IMG/VR virus record: IMGVR_UViG_3300025009_000135 | Location: 1-53,650 of that record | Direction: 5' to 3' (one strand) | DNA: 53,650 nucleotides | DNA from: a virus | Taxonomy: Duplodnaviria > Caudoviricetes | Part shown: positions 8,866 to 17,001 of the stretch, in pieces | Layout: the number at the start of each line of letters is the position of its first letter | How positions within the stretch are numbered: position 1 is the stretch's first letter | The notes under the pieces: generated by a model | The model's database searches: none | Told to the model about the DNA's origin: nothing | The model's input: only the letters and a program-made list of their open reading frames with translations | Program-made: the position numbers and the translations under genes

Positions 8866-9774
8866 ATGACCTTTACCAAATACCAACATATTGAACGATT
8901 TGGTACCGACGAGGTAGAAAATATCGAACTCGGCGCCTGCCATGTGTTTCCGAAAATCGACGGCACCAATGGAAGCGTTTGGCTTGACGATGATGGAAAA
9001 ATCCAAGCCGGTAGCCGCAATCGTACCCTGTCCCTTGAGGCCGATAATGCCGGATTCGATGCCGCCATTATTGCTGATCCACGCATAGCCGCCTACCTCG
9101 CCAAACATCCCAACCATCGCATCTACGGCGAGTGGCTTGTCCCGCATTCGCTCAAAACATACCGCGATGAGGCGTGGCGAAAATTCTACATTTTCGACGT
9201 GTGCGTCGATGCCCCCGACGGAGGCGTCGAATATCTCCCGTATTCAGTCTATGCCCCGATGCTCGATGAATTCGGGCTCGACTATATCCCGCTTATGGCC
9301 GAAGTGCGCAACGGATCATTCGAGCAGTACGTCGCACTTCTAGAAAAAAACCAATACCTAATCCAGGACGGCCAAGGCGCAGGCGAAGGAATAGTGATAA
9401 AAAACTATTCATATAAAAACAAGTATGGCCGCACGACATGGGCGAAAATGGTTCGCTCAGAGTTCCGCGAGATCCATTCCCGTACCATGGGCGCCCCGAT
9501 TATCAACGGAGAAAAAATGGTAGAGGAAGCAATCGTCGGAAAGTATTGCACATCCGCCTTGATCGACAAAGAACACGCCAAAATAGTCGCCGAGGCCGGC
9601 GCGTGGTCGTCAAAAATGATCCCACGATTTTTGTCAGGCGTGTTCTACGCGCTCGTATCAGAGGAGGCGTGGAATATCGTCAAGGAGTACAAAAATCCGA
9701 CGATCAATTTCAAGACCTTGCAAGCGCTCGTAATTGACAAGATCAAGAAAACCAGGAAGGATATATTTTCTTGA
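8866..9774 (+). CDS. RNA ligase family (ATP-dependent nucleotidyltransferase) protein
   Basis: KIDGTN motif I, YGEW, FDV, EGIVIK motif IV. Confidence 0.75.
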   Translation: MTFTKYQHIERFGTDEVENIELGACHVFPKIDGTNGSVWLDDDGKIQAGSRNRTLSLEADNAGFDAAIIADPRIAAYLAKHPNHRIYGEWLVPHSLKTYRDEAWRKFYIFDVCVDAPDGGVEYLPYSVYAPMLDEFGLDYIPLMAEVRNGSFEQYVALLEKNQYLIQDGQGAGEGIVIKNYSYKNKYGRTTWAKMVRSEFREIHSRTMGAPIINGEKMVEEAIVGKYCTSALIDKEHAKIVAEAGAWSSKMIPRFLSGVFYALVSEEAWNIVKEYKNPTINFKTLQALVIDKIKKTRKDIFS

Positions 9775-10004
9775 CAAAAGACACCCCCGGCTGGACATAC
9801 GCCTATTCCGACGCCCTAGCCATGCGCTATGCCGTTCGTAAAACCCCGCTCGGCCCCGAGGTTATGACGGAGGATAAAGTGCAGTATTCAGTCGGAGAAG
9901 TCGCGGCGCTGTCTATGGCCGGGGTGGAAATATCGATGGCGGTGCATCTGGTTAAGCGGGTGTTTCGGGGCGCGATCGTGGATGCGGAAAGGAACAAGAG
10001 TTGA
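9771..10004 (+). CDS. hypothetical protein
   Basis: TTGA-coupled ORF. Confidence 0.55.
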   Translation: MTKDTPGWTYAYSDALAMRYAVRKTPLGPEVMTEDKVQYSVGEVAALSMAGVEISMAVHLVKRVFRGAIVDAERNKS

Positions 10005-10381
10005 AAGCTATACTTGCGCTTGAGTTGCGCGATGATGGGTCAAGGCAATACATGAAGCCTGCTCGATATATATGCAATGAGATATATCTAGGACTTGATA
10101 AAATTGTAATTGGCAATACGCCTAACGATGCATGGTGCGCAGAAATAATAGAATTTGATACAAAATATAAATATGTAAGAAGATTTTTACCATTTAGAAA
10201 AGATTACTCACAATCTAATTCTATGGGATCGCGCGGAGTGAGAGCAATTTATACACTTTCAGAAAATAAAATATACGAAGCCAAGGAACATAAAAATAGA
10301 TATTTTTGCATGATAAAAGATTGGGAAATTGTAAAAGTGTCAAAAGCAGAGGTGGCGGAATGGCTGAACGAAAAGCGCTAG
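10001..10381 (+). CDS. hypothetical protein heading the ibrAB cassette
   Basis: AT-rich, overlaps the ibrA start. Confidence 0.65.
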   Translation: MKAILALELRDDGSRQYMKPARYICNEIYLGLDKIVIGNTPNDAWCAEIIEFDTKYKYVRRFLPFRKDYSQSNSMGSRGVRAIYTLSENKIYEAKEHKNRYFCMIKDWEIVKVSKAEVAEWLNEKR

Positions 10382-11619
10382 GAATAGATGTATTGACCGC
10401 CGCGAGGGAACGGGTAGCATATACACTTAGCCAATTCAAGCGCGTATATATCTCGTTTTCAGGTGGTAAAGATTCGACCGTTATGCTTCACCTTGCCATC
10501 GATGAAGCAAAAAAAAGAAACATAAAAATAGGTGTATTGTTTATTGATTGGGAAGTTCAATACAAGCTTACTATTGATCATTGCTTGAAGATATTTGAAG
10601 AATATAAAGATTACATTATTCCGTATTGGGTTGCATTGCCATTAACAACCGAATGTCCGATATCACAATATGCACCATTTTGGACATGCTGGGATAAAGA
10701 CAAAAAAGATTTATGGATACGACAACCGCCTGAATATGCTATTACCGACTATTCATATTTTGATTTTTATACTTATGGAATGACGTTTGAGGAATTTATA
10801 ATAAAGTTCGGAGAATGGTATGCAACGCAAGGATTTAAAAAGGATGAATCGGCTCAAATATTTGAACCTACGGCTTGTATGGTCGGGATACGAGCAGACG
10901 AAAGCCTAAATCGTCTCCTAAAGGTGAGGGTACACGAAAATAGAGAATATTGGAACGATAAAATATATTTGCTTAATTTGAAATCATCGCTTATGGACGT
11001 TGTATTGTGCCATCCATTATACGACTGGAAGACAGAAGATATATGGAAATATAATGGAAAATACTACAAGTCATACAACAAAATATACGATCTTATGTAT
11101 CAGGCTAAGGTACCAATAAGCAAGCAAAGAATAGACGAATTTTTTGGCCCCGAAGCAAGGCGCGGGCTATGGATGCTTCATGAGATAGAGCCGGAAACGT
11201 GGTCAAAGGTTACAGGGAGAATCGTTGGATGCAATTCAGCCGCTTTGTATTCAAAAGAACACGGGAATATTAATGGTGACAGAAAAATAATAAAACCAAA
11301 TGGCCATACATGGAAATCGTTTGCAGAATTGCTTTTGGCGTCTATGCCTGATAAATTATCTGAACATTATAAAAACAAAATAGCGACATATCTACATTGG
11401 TATAAAGAGCGAGGATATGAACGCGGATTGCCAGACGAAATAGAAGGGGATCTTGAAACAAAAGATAAACACCCATCATGGAGGAGAATATGCAAGGTGC
11501 TACTGAGGAACGATTATTGGTGCAAAGCCCTATCTTTCACCCCTACGAAGGCGACGAGCTACGAAAACTATTTGAAAGTAATGAGAAACAGGAGGGCAAG
11601 ATGGGGAATGTTGATTTAG
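10360..11619 (+). CDS. ibrA: IbrA-like PAPS-reductase-fold protein (DUF3440 C-terminus)
   Basis: SFSGGKDS, GIRADESLNR, PLYDWKTEDIW, WRRICKVLLRNDYWC. Confidence 0.9.
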   Translation: MAERKALGIDVLTAARERVAYTLSQFKRVYISFSGGKDSTVMLHLAIDEAKKRNIKIGVLFIDWEVQYKLTIDHCLKIFEEYKDYIIPYWVALPLTTECPISQYAPFWTCWDKDKKDLWIRQPPEYAITDYSYFDFYTYGMTFEEFIIKFGEWYATQGFKKDESAQIFEPTACMVGIRADESLNRLLKVRVHENREYWNDKIYLLNLKSSLMDVVLCHPLYDWKTEDIWKYNGKYYKSYNKIYDLMYQAKVPISKQRIDEFFGPEARRGLWMLHEIEPETWSKVTGRIVGCNSAALYSKEHGNINGDRKIIKPNGHTWKSFAELLLASMPDKLSEHYKNKIATYLHWYKERGYERGLPDEIEGDLETKDKHPSWRRICKVLLRNDYWCKALSFTPTKATSYENYLKVMRNRRARWGMLI

Positions 11620-12104
11620 CCAAACACCCAGTATCGCGCGTTCAATGGGTTGCCGCCGAATTTGTATATGCTAATGATTACAACCCAAACAGCGTTGCTC
11701 CGCCTGAAATGAAGCTATTGGAAATATCTATTCAAACCGACGGGTTTACACAGCCGATAGTAACGTGGAAAACCGATGAAGGCTATGAGGTGGTAGATGG
11801 ATTCCATCGCCACAAAGTTGGTAAAAAACTCGGGATGTCTCATCTCCCAATTGTAGTTTTGAATGATGAAAACACAAGCAAGGAAGAGCGTATAGCGGCA
11901 ACGATCAGACACAATCGCGCCAGAGGAAAGCATCAAGTTAAAGCTATGTCAGATATTGTCGTCGAGCTGTCGCGTAGAAACTGGAGCGATGAACGCATAG
12001 GCAGAGAGCTAGGAATGGATGCCGACGAAGTTTTACGGCTAAAGCAAATTACTGGGCTTGCGGAGCTTTTCCAAAATGGCGATTTTTCTCCAGCCTGGGA
12101 ATAA
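11601..12104 (+). CDS. ibrB: IbrB-like ParB/Srx-domain protein
   Basis: ANDYNPNSVAPPEM, GFTQPIV, VDGFHR, ATIRHNRARGKH. Confidence 0.9.
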   Translation: MGNVDLAKHPVSRVQWVAAEFVYANDYNPNSVAPPEMKLLEISIQTDGFTQPIVTWKTDEGYEVVDGFHRHKVGKKLGMSHLPIVVLNDENTSKEERIAATIRHNRARGKHQVKAMSDIVVELSRRNWSDERIGRELGMDADEVLRLKQITGLAELFQNGDFSPAWE

Positions 12105-12133
12105 TTTACTAAACATCCGTGTAGTACTTTTCC

Positions 12134-12180
12134 ACAAAAATCGTGCAAATTCTGCGGAATTTGTGCGGTTTTTGTTTTTT
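12134..12180 (+). terminator. intrinsic terminator after ibrB
   Basis: 19-bp imperfect stem (G-U pairs on + strand) ACAAAAATCGTGCAAATTC/GAATTTGTGCGGTTTTTGT followed by a T run. Confidence 0.6.
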
Positions 12181-12184
12181 GGGG

Positions 12185-12213
12185 TTGTAAGGCGAGGTGA
12201 GAGGGTATATACT
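12185..12213 (+). promoter_or_regulatory. sigma70-type promoter
   Basis: TTGTAA-17 nt-TATACT. Confidence 0.6.
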
Positions 12214-12269
12214 CTATATATCGGGTGGCGAGAGAGTGGCTACCGACAGAAATTGACGAGGGTACTAAG

Positions 12270-12482
12270 ATGACCAAGATTTTTACCGTAGACGTTGGCA
12301 ACGACAAAATCGAATATTTTATGACTATCGATGGCGCTAAAAAAAGACTGTCCGACCACGGATATATCGAAGTTTCCGCCGAAGATTTTAACAACAATAC
12401 CCGTGGCCAATGGCGCCATCCGGCCACGTTCTTTTTTGCCGAATCATACGCGTATCTTGGTTTTGTCAAGGCTAACGACTAA
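12270..12482 (+). CDS. small hypothetical protein
   Basis: GAGG RBS, own promoter, downstream hairpin CGCCCGGC..GTCGGGCG. Confidence 0.65.
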   Translation: MTKIFTVDVGNDKIEYFMTIDGAKKRLSDHGYIEVSAEDFNNNTRGQWRHPATFFFAESYAYLGFVKAND

Positions 12483-12536
12483 GCAACCCGCCCGGCATTG
12501 GTCGGGCGCATCCTAAATCATCGGAGCCCCCCCCCC

Positions 12537-13118
12537 ATGGCATCCCCCCGCCCCGCAATCAAACGTCAATCTGGCACCTGGTACATTAAAAACTTCGGCC
12601 AGTGGCACCGCGCCGGAAGCTTGTCAGATGCCATAGGTTATTTGTCTATCATCGCTACACTAGCCGCGTCCGTTTCGCTTTCATCATGCGCCTCGCCACT
12701 TGTGGCTTCCTCGTTTCTTGACCTTGATGCCGCGTGGCAAATAACGTGCGAATTTGATCGAATCCCAGACCCGCCCGGAGGTTATTGGAAAAGCCCCGCC
12801 GAGTTTGAAGCCGATGGCGGTGGCGATTGCGAAGATTTTGCCACATACCTTTTATACCTTCTCGGCCCCGATTCTGGCGCCCGCATGGCTGTCATTTCCT
12901 CTCCCGGCCCCGGCGCTCCGTTTCATGCCATTGTGCAGCTTGCCGATGGAACGTTGATCGAACCGCAAATCTATCATGGATATTGGATTGACGCCGTGCC
13001 GCTGTGGACCCTTGAGTATAATACCGTCATGCACCTTGCAACAAACGGAAAAAAATCGCTTGACACGACGAGCCCCGAGGATGTAGAGTTGATGAAGATT
13101 ATAGCGGCTTGCGAATAG
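12537..13118 (+). CDS. transglutaminase-like cysteine peptidase, probable lipoprotein
   Basis: YWKSP, GDCEDFA, HAIV triad motifs; hydrophobic segment ending SLSSC. Confidence 0.7.
   Translation: MASPRPAIKRQSGTWYIKNFGQWHRAGSLSDAIGYLSIIATLAASVSLSSCASPLVASSFLDLDAAWQITCEFDRIPDPPGGYWKSPAEFEADGGGDCEDFATYLLYLLGPDSGARMAVISSPGPGAPFHAIVQLADGTLIEPQIYHGYWIDAVPLWTLEYNTVMHLATNGKKSLDTTSPEDVELMKIIAACE
13060..13089 (+). promoter_or_regulatory. sigma70-type promoter inside the 3' end of the peptidase gene
   Basis: TTGACA-18 nt-TAGAGT upstream of a structured leader and tRNA. Confidence 0.5.
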
Positions 13119-13270
13119 CCGCCAATCAAGAATGCCTACGGCAGGCTTAGCCGGAACCCATTAATTGCCCTCGGGTAAATACAAACAGGAGGCGGCCTAT
13201 TGAAATGGAAGTCTAGGCGGTGCGGCGGCACCTAAAACACGCCAACGATGCTAAGTTTTTGTGTGTAATT

Positions 13271-13311
13271 GGGCGGCGTCCGTTTCGGAGTTCCCGACGC
13301 CGCCCGTGTTT
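13271..13311 (+). terminator. strong GC hairpin (terminator or processing site) just before tRNA-Gln
   Basis: GGGCGGCGTC/GACGCCGCCC 10-bp stem followed by GTGTTT. Confidence 0.5.
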
Positions 13312-13312
13312 A

Positions 13313-13384
13313 CGGGAAATAGCCAAGTGGTAAGGCTCCGGGTTTTGATCCCGGTTGTCGGTGGTTCGAATCCACCTTTCCCGA
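13313..13384 (+). tRNA. tRNA-Gln(UUG), CCA not encoded
   Basis: Acceptor CGGGAAA/TTTCCCG, D arm GCCAAGTGGTAAGGC, anticodon arm CCGGG-TTTTGAT-CCCGG, T arm GGTGG-TTCGAAT-CCACC. Confidence 0.93.
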
Positions 13385-13434
13385 AGTCCATCGCCGGAGC
13401 CTAGCCCCGGTATCCAATCAATCGGGAGGGCATA

Positions 13435-13785
13435 ATGCTCAACCCACTCAAGTCCATTTTCGGAGCGGTCGCCGCATTGGCCGCCAGCACGTTCCAACCG
13501 CGCATTCCCAAGGCACTGCGCCACTACGACGACGACGACGCCCCGTCACGTTCTATGCTCGACGAGCGCAAAAACGCCACGTTCGGATGGAAGCGCCACC
13601 GCGAAACAAGCCCCAACGGATTTGGCGGCACCGGCAAGCGCATTGCCCGCATCGGCGGTTACCGCAAAGGCCAGCCCGGCGCTAAGCTCATCCGTAAAAT
13701 GATCCGCCGATATGGGTACATCCCCGTCATGCTGACGCAACCGGCGGTGGTCAAGGCGCTCGGCCAGAAGGAGGTGCAGCCATGA
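13435..13785 (+). CDS. basic hypothetical protein
   Basis: GGGAGG RBS; ATGA-coupled to the next gene. Confidence 0.65.
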   Translation: MLNPLKSIFGAVAALAASTFQPRIPKALRHYDDDDAPSRSMLDERKNATFGWKRHRETSPNGFGGTGKRIARIGGYRKGQPGAKLIRKMIRRYGYIPVMLTQPAVVKALGQKEVQP

Positions 13786-14180
13786 TCGGCGCGCTGATTA
13801 CCTGGGGGCTGTGCATCTTGTCATTCCTCGCCGGGTTTATCCTCTGCTCCATGTTTCGCATCGGACGCCTTGATGATGTGGAGCGGACGGAAGCAACTGA
13901 CGCCAGCAAGCCCACCACCGAGACGCCCGCCACCGACGACTATATCGATTGGTCGAAGGTGCCGGATGGGTATGACTGGGTGGCGGTGGATGACCAGCCA
14001 TGCGGAGGACTTACCGCTTGGGCATGGAATAAAAAGCCTAAAATAAAAATGGGAAGCATGTATAAAGACTGGCAAAATGGTGGTAGTTTAAACTTGGTAG
14101 ACGACGCCATCATCGGCCCCCTCCCCCCATGGCGCGAATCCCTCCGCCATCGCCCAACTACCGAAAGTACGCCATCATGA
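13782..14180 (+). CDS. membrane-anchored hypothetical protein
   Basis: N-terminal TM; DWSKVPDGYDWVAVD...WRESLRHRP phage-type domain. Confidence 0.65.
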   Translation: MIGALITWGLCILSFLAGFILCSMFRIGRLDDVERTEATDASKPTTETPATDDYIDWSKVPDGYDWVAVDDQPCGGLTAWAWNKKPKIKMGSMYKDWQNGGSLNLVDDAIIGPLPPWRESLRHRPTTESTPS

Positions 14181-14350
14181 CCGCCGTCAACCTGACCCGC
14201 ATCGCCGCCATCGCCCTCGTGGCCCCCGATAGCGACGAAATCCCCCGCGCCGTCGAATCCTATGAGCGCAAAGCCACCCCGGCGCAGATGACTAACCATC
14301 ATATCGGCCCGGCCCGCATCGACCGCAAGCGCGAATGGAGGCGATCATGA
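14177..14350 (+). CDS. small hypothetical protein
   Basis: ATGA overlaps at both ends. Confidence 0.5.
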   Translation: MTAVNLTRIAAIALVAPDSDEIPRAVESYERKATPAQMTNHHIGPARIDRKREWRRS

Positions 14351-14922
14351 ACGACCACATTCCGGCCGACGCCGCCGAAGCCATAGCCGACAAGCTCCTT
14401 TCCCCGCGCATCGTGTCCCTCGAGCACATATGCGCCCATTCCGCGCCCCTCCCGGCGTCCGAGGGCTTGTGGCTCATCTACAACCTGCGCGCCAAGATGG
14501 CCGAATGCGAGACGATGCGCGCCGACCTCGAGGCAAGAACCCGCGCCGTGTGCATCATCGAATCCGCCATCGACGCCATGCGCGACAACCTCGACGCCGT
14601 GCTCGCGGCTACCACCGAAAGGCCGACGACAGACCGTGCCGAAATGTTACGAGCCATAGACAAGCCTGCTTCCGACGACAGCGAGCGAGCCGAAATCGAA
14701 AGATTCGTCATGAGCGTATGGTTAGCTATTCAGCGAAACATTATTTATTCCGGGCAGTATCTAGGCGTGTTGATATGCAAGCGCCTCGAGGCAGAGGATC
14801 GCATCGAAGAAATCACGGCCATAATAAACGAGCGACTAAAAAGCCGCATGGATATTGTAGCCGAAGAAGTTCAAGCAGACCTATCCTCCCGCCTATCAAC
14901 CACCGAAAGGACAACCCCATGA
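14347..14922 (+). CDS. hypothetical protein, possibly chimeric
   Basis: GGAGG RBS; internal and terminal ACCACCGAAAGG repeat. Confidence 0.6.
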   Translation: MNDHIPADAAEAIADKLLSPRIVSLEHICAHSAPLPASEGLWLIYNLRAKMAECETMRADLEARTRAVCIIESAIDAMRDNLDAVLAATTERPTTDRAEMLRAIDKPASDDSERAEIERFVMSVWLAIQRNIIYSGQYLGVLICKRLEAEDRIEEITAIINERLKSRMDIVAEEVQADLSSRLSTTERTTP

Positions 14923-15155
14923 GCCACAACAACCGCCGTCCTACTCGCCCGTCATTCGGCCCCGGCAAGCCCCGACGTGGCTCCCGCGTAGTCGATTCCG
15001 TCGAAGAGCTGAATGGCGGAAAATGGTACCGCGTTCCGATCCATTGCGGATCATGCGCCCAGTCGTTCCGCTCAACCAAGTGCCAGCATACAGGATGCTC
15101 CGTCAATCGAGAGCTGAACGAGGCAAGGCGAAGGGCCAGCGGCGAAGGCTGGTAA
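14919..15155 (+). CDS. small basic Cys-rich protein
   Basis: CGSC...CQHTGC; ATGA overlap. Confidence 0.55.
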   Translation: MSHNNRRPTRPSFGPGKPRRGSRVVDSVEELNGGKWYRVPIHCGSCAQSFRSTKCQHTGCSVNRELNEARRRASGEGW

Positions 15156-15165
15156 GGAAAAAATC

Positions 15166-15561
15166 ATGGCCCGCCCCGAGTCCCTAATCCAGCAACAAAT
15201 CGTCGAGCTTCTATCCACGCTCGCGGCGGTGCATGACTTCGTGTTTTTCTCTGTGCCGAATGAATCGTTTCTACTTGGCGGCCTCAATGGCTCCGGTAAG
15301 CAATTCGGCACCCTTGCCACTCTCAAGAAAATGGGAATGCGCCCAGGTGCGGCCGACCTTGTGATCGGCCACGAGGGGAAGATATATTGCATGGAGGTCA
15401 AAGACGCCGACGGCCAGCAATCCGCCGACCAGTTACTATTTGAAGCATGGTGCGTCCGTTGTGGCGTGCCGTACGTCGTCGTGCGATCATCCGGAGAAGT
15501 GCTGTATTGGCTAAGGGAATGGGGAATAATCCCGCAACGAAAAGAAAGGACATCAGAATGA
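15166..15561 (+). CDS. VRR-NUC family nuclease
   Basis: ES.IQ, VPNE, GMRPGAADL, MEVK...QSADQ PD-(D/E)xK pattern. Confidence 0.85.
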   Translation: MARPESLIQQQIVELLSTLAAVHDFVFFSVPNESFLLGGLNGSGKQFGTLATLKKMGMRPGAADLVIGHEGKIYCMEVKDADGQQSADQLLFEAWCVRCGVPYVVVRSSGEVLYWLREWGIIPQRKERTSE

Positions 15562-16424
15562 AGTATAATACCTTTGAACACCCGGTGTTAAAAGAACACG
15601 CAAAAATAAAAAGAATGATAAAACATGGAGAAAAGCCGCGCGGATTTTCATCATTAAAAGATATAATCCTTGAATCATTTAAACTTTCTATTAAAATTAA
15701 AAACGGGACAGCTCAGACGGAAAGTTTAATATTACTAATGTACCACGAAAATAAGTCTACTCATTATTACGTTGAAACGAACGAACTTTATGATTTTTTG
15801 TCTGGGATGCAAATAAAAGAAATTCCCAAGTTAAACTCTGATATTATAGAATCACTTCTTCTTGAGCCTGTAGTTAGGCTTGATGATGGAAGTGAAATGT
15901 GGTGTAACGTTGGGCATATACATTATCAATTAAACGAACCGGCGCTATCATTTTTAATTCTTGTTAGCAAGAGAAACAATAATAATGAACATATAACACT
16001 TTGCCTAATGAGAAACAATGACGTTGTTTATTATGGAGCTAACTTTGATCTTGAAAATATTTATAAAAATGATTGGGGAAATACAAATTCAGATTATCCG
16101 ATTAGTAAAGTAATTTCAGACACGCAATTGGTTATCAATTTTTTAATTTATAAAACAATGTTTCCATGGTTAATAATAAATGATGCTCCATCTGGACAAC
16201 CAGTAGAATATGTGGCATCAACATGCAAAAAAATAAAGACAGAAGAAAGCCTCATAGACAGGTCTGGAGTAACGCCTCATTTTAGGCGCGGACACTTTGC
16301 CCATCTGACTAGCAATAGATATAAAAATGCAAAGGGAAAGTATGTTTTCGTAAAGGCAACATATGTAAAAGGCTTCATGTCAAAAACAGTAATAGATGGA
16401 ATTGACGAACGGAAAGCCATGTGA
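15558..16424 (+). CDS. AT-rich hypothetical protein with C-terminal PHFRRGHF motif
   Basis: ATGA-coupled start; visibly lower GC than flanks. Confidence 0.7.
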   Translation: MKYNTFEHPVLKEHAKIKRMIKHGEKPRGFSSLKDIILESFKLSIKIKNGTAQTESLILLMYHENKSTHYYVETNELYDFLSGMQIKEIPKLNSDIIESLLLEPVVRLDDGSEMWCNVGHIHYQLNEPALSFLILVSKRNNNNEHITLCLMRNNDVVYYGANFDLENIYKNDWGNTNSDYPISKVISDTQLVINFLIYKTMFPWLIINDAPSGQPVEYVASTCKKIKTEESLIDRSGVTPHFRRGHFAHLTSNRYKNAKGKYVFVKATYVKGFMSKTVIDGIDERKAM

Positions 16425-16627
16425 AACAACGCGGCCCGACAAATTGCAAATTCCGCCATGAATGCTGGCATGGAGACCTGTGCGAATATCGATCAACCGG
16501 CTACGAAGTCAAAGGCGAATGCTTCCACCCTAATGGCAAAGCGCCACAGGAAAAACGCGAGCAGCTTGCCATAGTCCAGGAAGTGCCGACCAATGCGGCA
16601 GAATATCGAGAGGGGGAATTGTTTTGA
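16421..16627 (+). CDS. small Cys-rich hypothetical protein
   Basis: GTGA-coupled ORF. Confidence 0.55.
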   Translation: MKQRGPTNCKFRHECWHGDLCEYRSTGYEVKGECFHPNGKAPQEKREQLAIVQEVPTNAAEYREGELF

Positions 16628-17001
16628 GTGAACTATTTTATATGCAAGATTCAAGGTCATACGTCGGCAACGATATGCTATGGTGGAGCCGACACGGGAC
16701 GGGCTACACTACTAATTTAATAAACGCCGAAATATACACAAAAGATGAAGCTACCAAAATGCACGAATCAAGGCATACGGATGTTCCCTGGCCGAAGGAT
16801 TATATCGACGCACGCATTAGGCCCGCCGTAGATATGCAAAAATGCAATTTCAAAGAAGCTCATAAAAAAACAGGCATTAAACGACTAAAGGACAAGCTGC
16901 CTAAAAGAGAAATAATTAAATGTAATAAATGCGGATGTTTTCTATCGATAGAACAAATGTATGGAAACTGTCCTACTTGTGGATCGGATAATCGCCCTTG
17001 A
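16624..17001 (+). CDS. hypothetical protein with C-terminal Zn ribbon
   Basis: YVGNDMLWW...GY; CNKC...CPTC. Confidence 0.65.
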   Translation: MSELFYMQDSRSYVGNDMLWWSRHGTGYTTNLINAEIYTKDEATKMHESRHTDVPWPKDYIDARIRPAVDMQKCNFKEAHKKTGIKRLKDKLPKREIIKCNKCGCFLSIEQMYGNCPTCGSDNRP

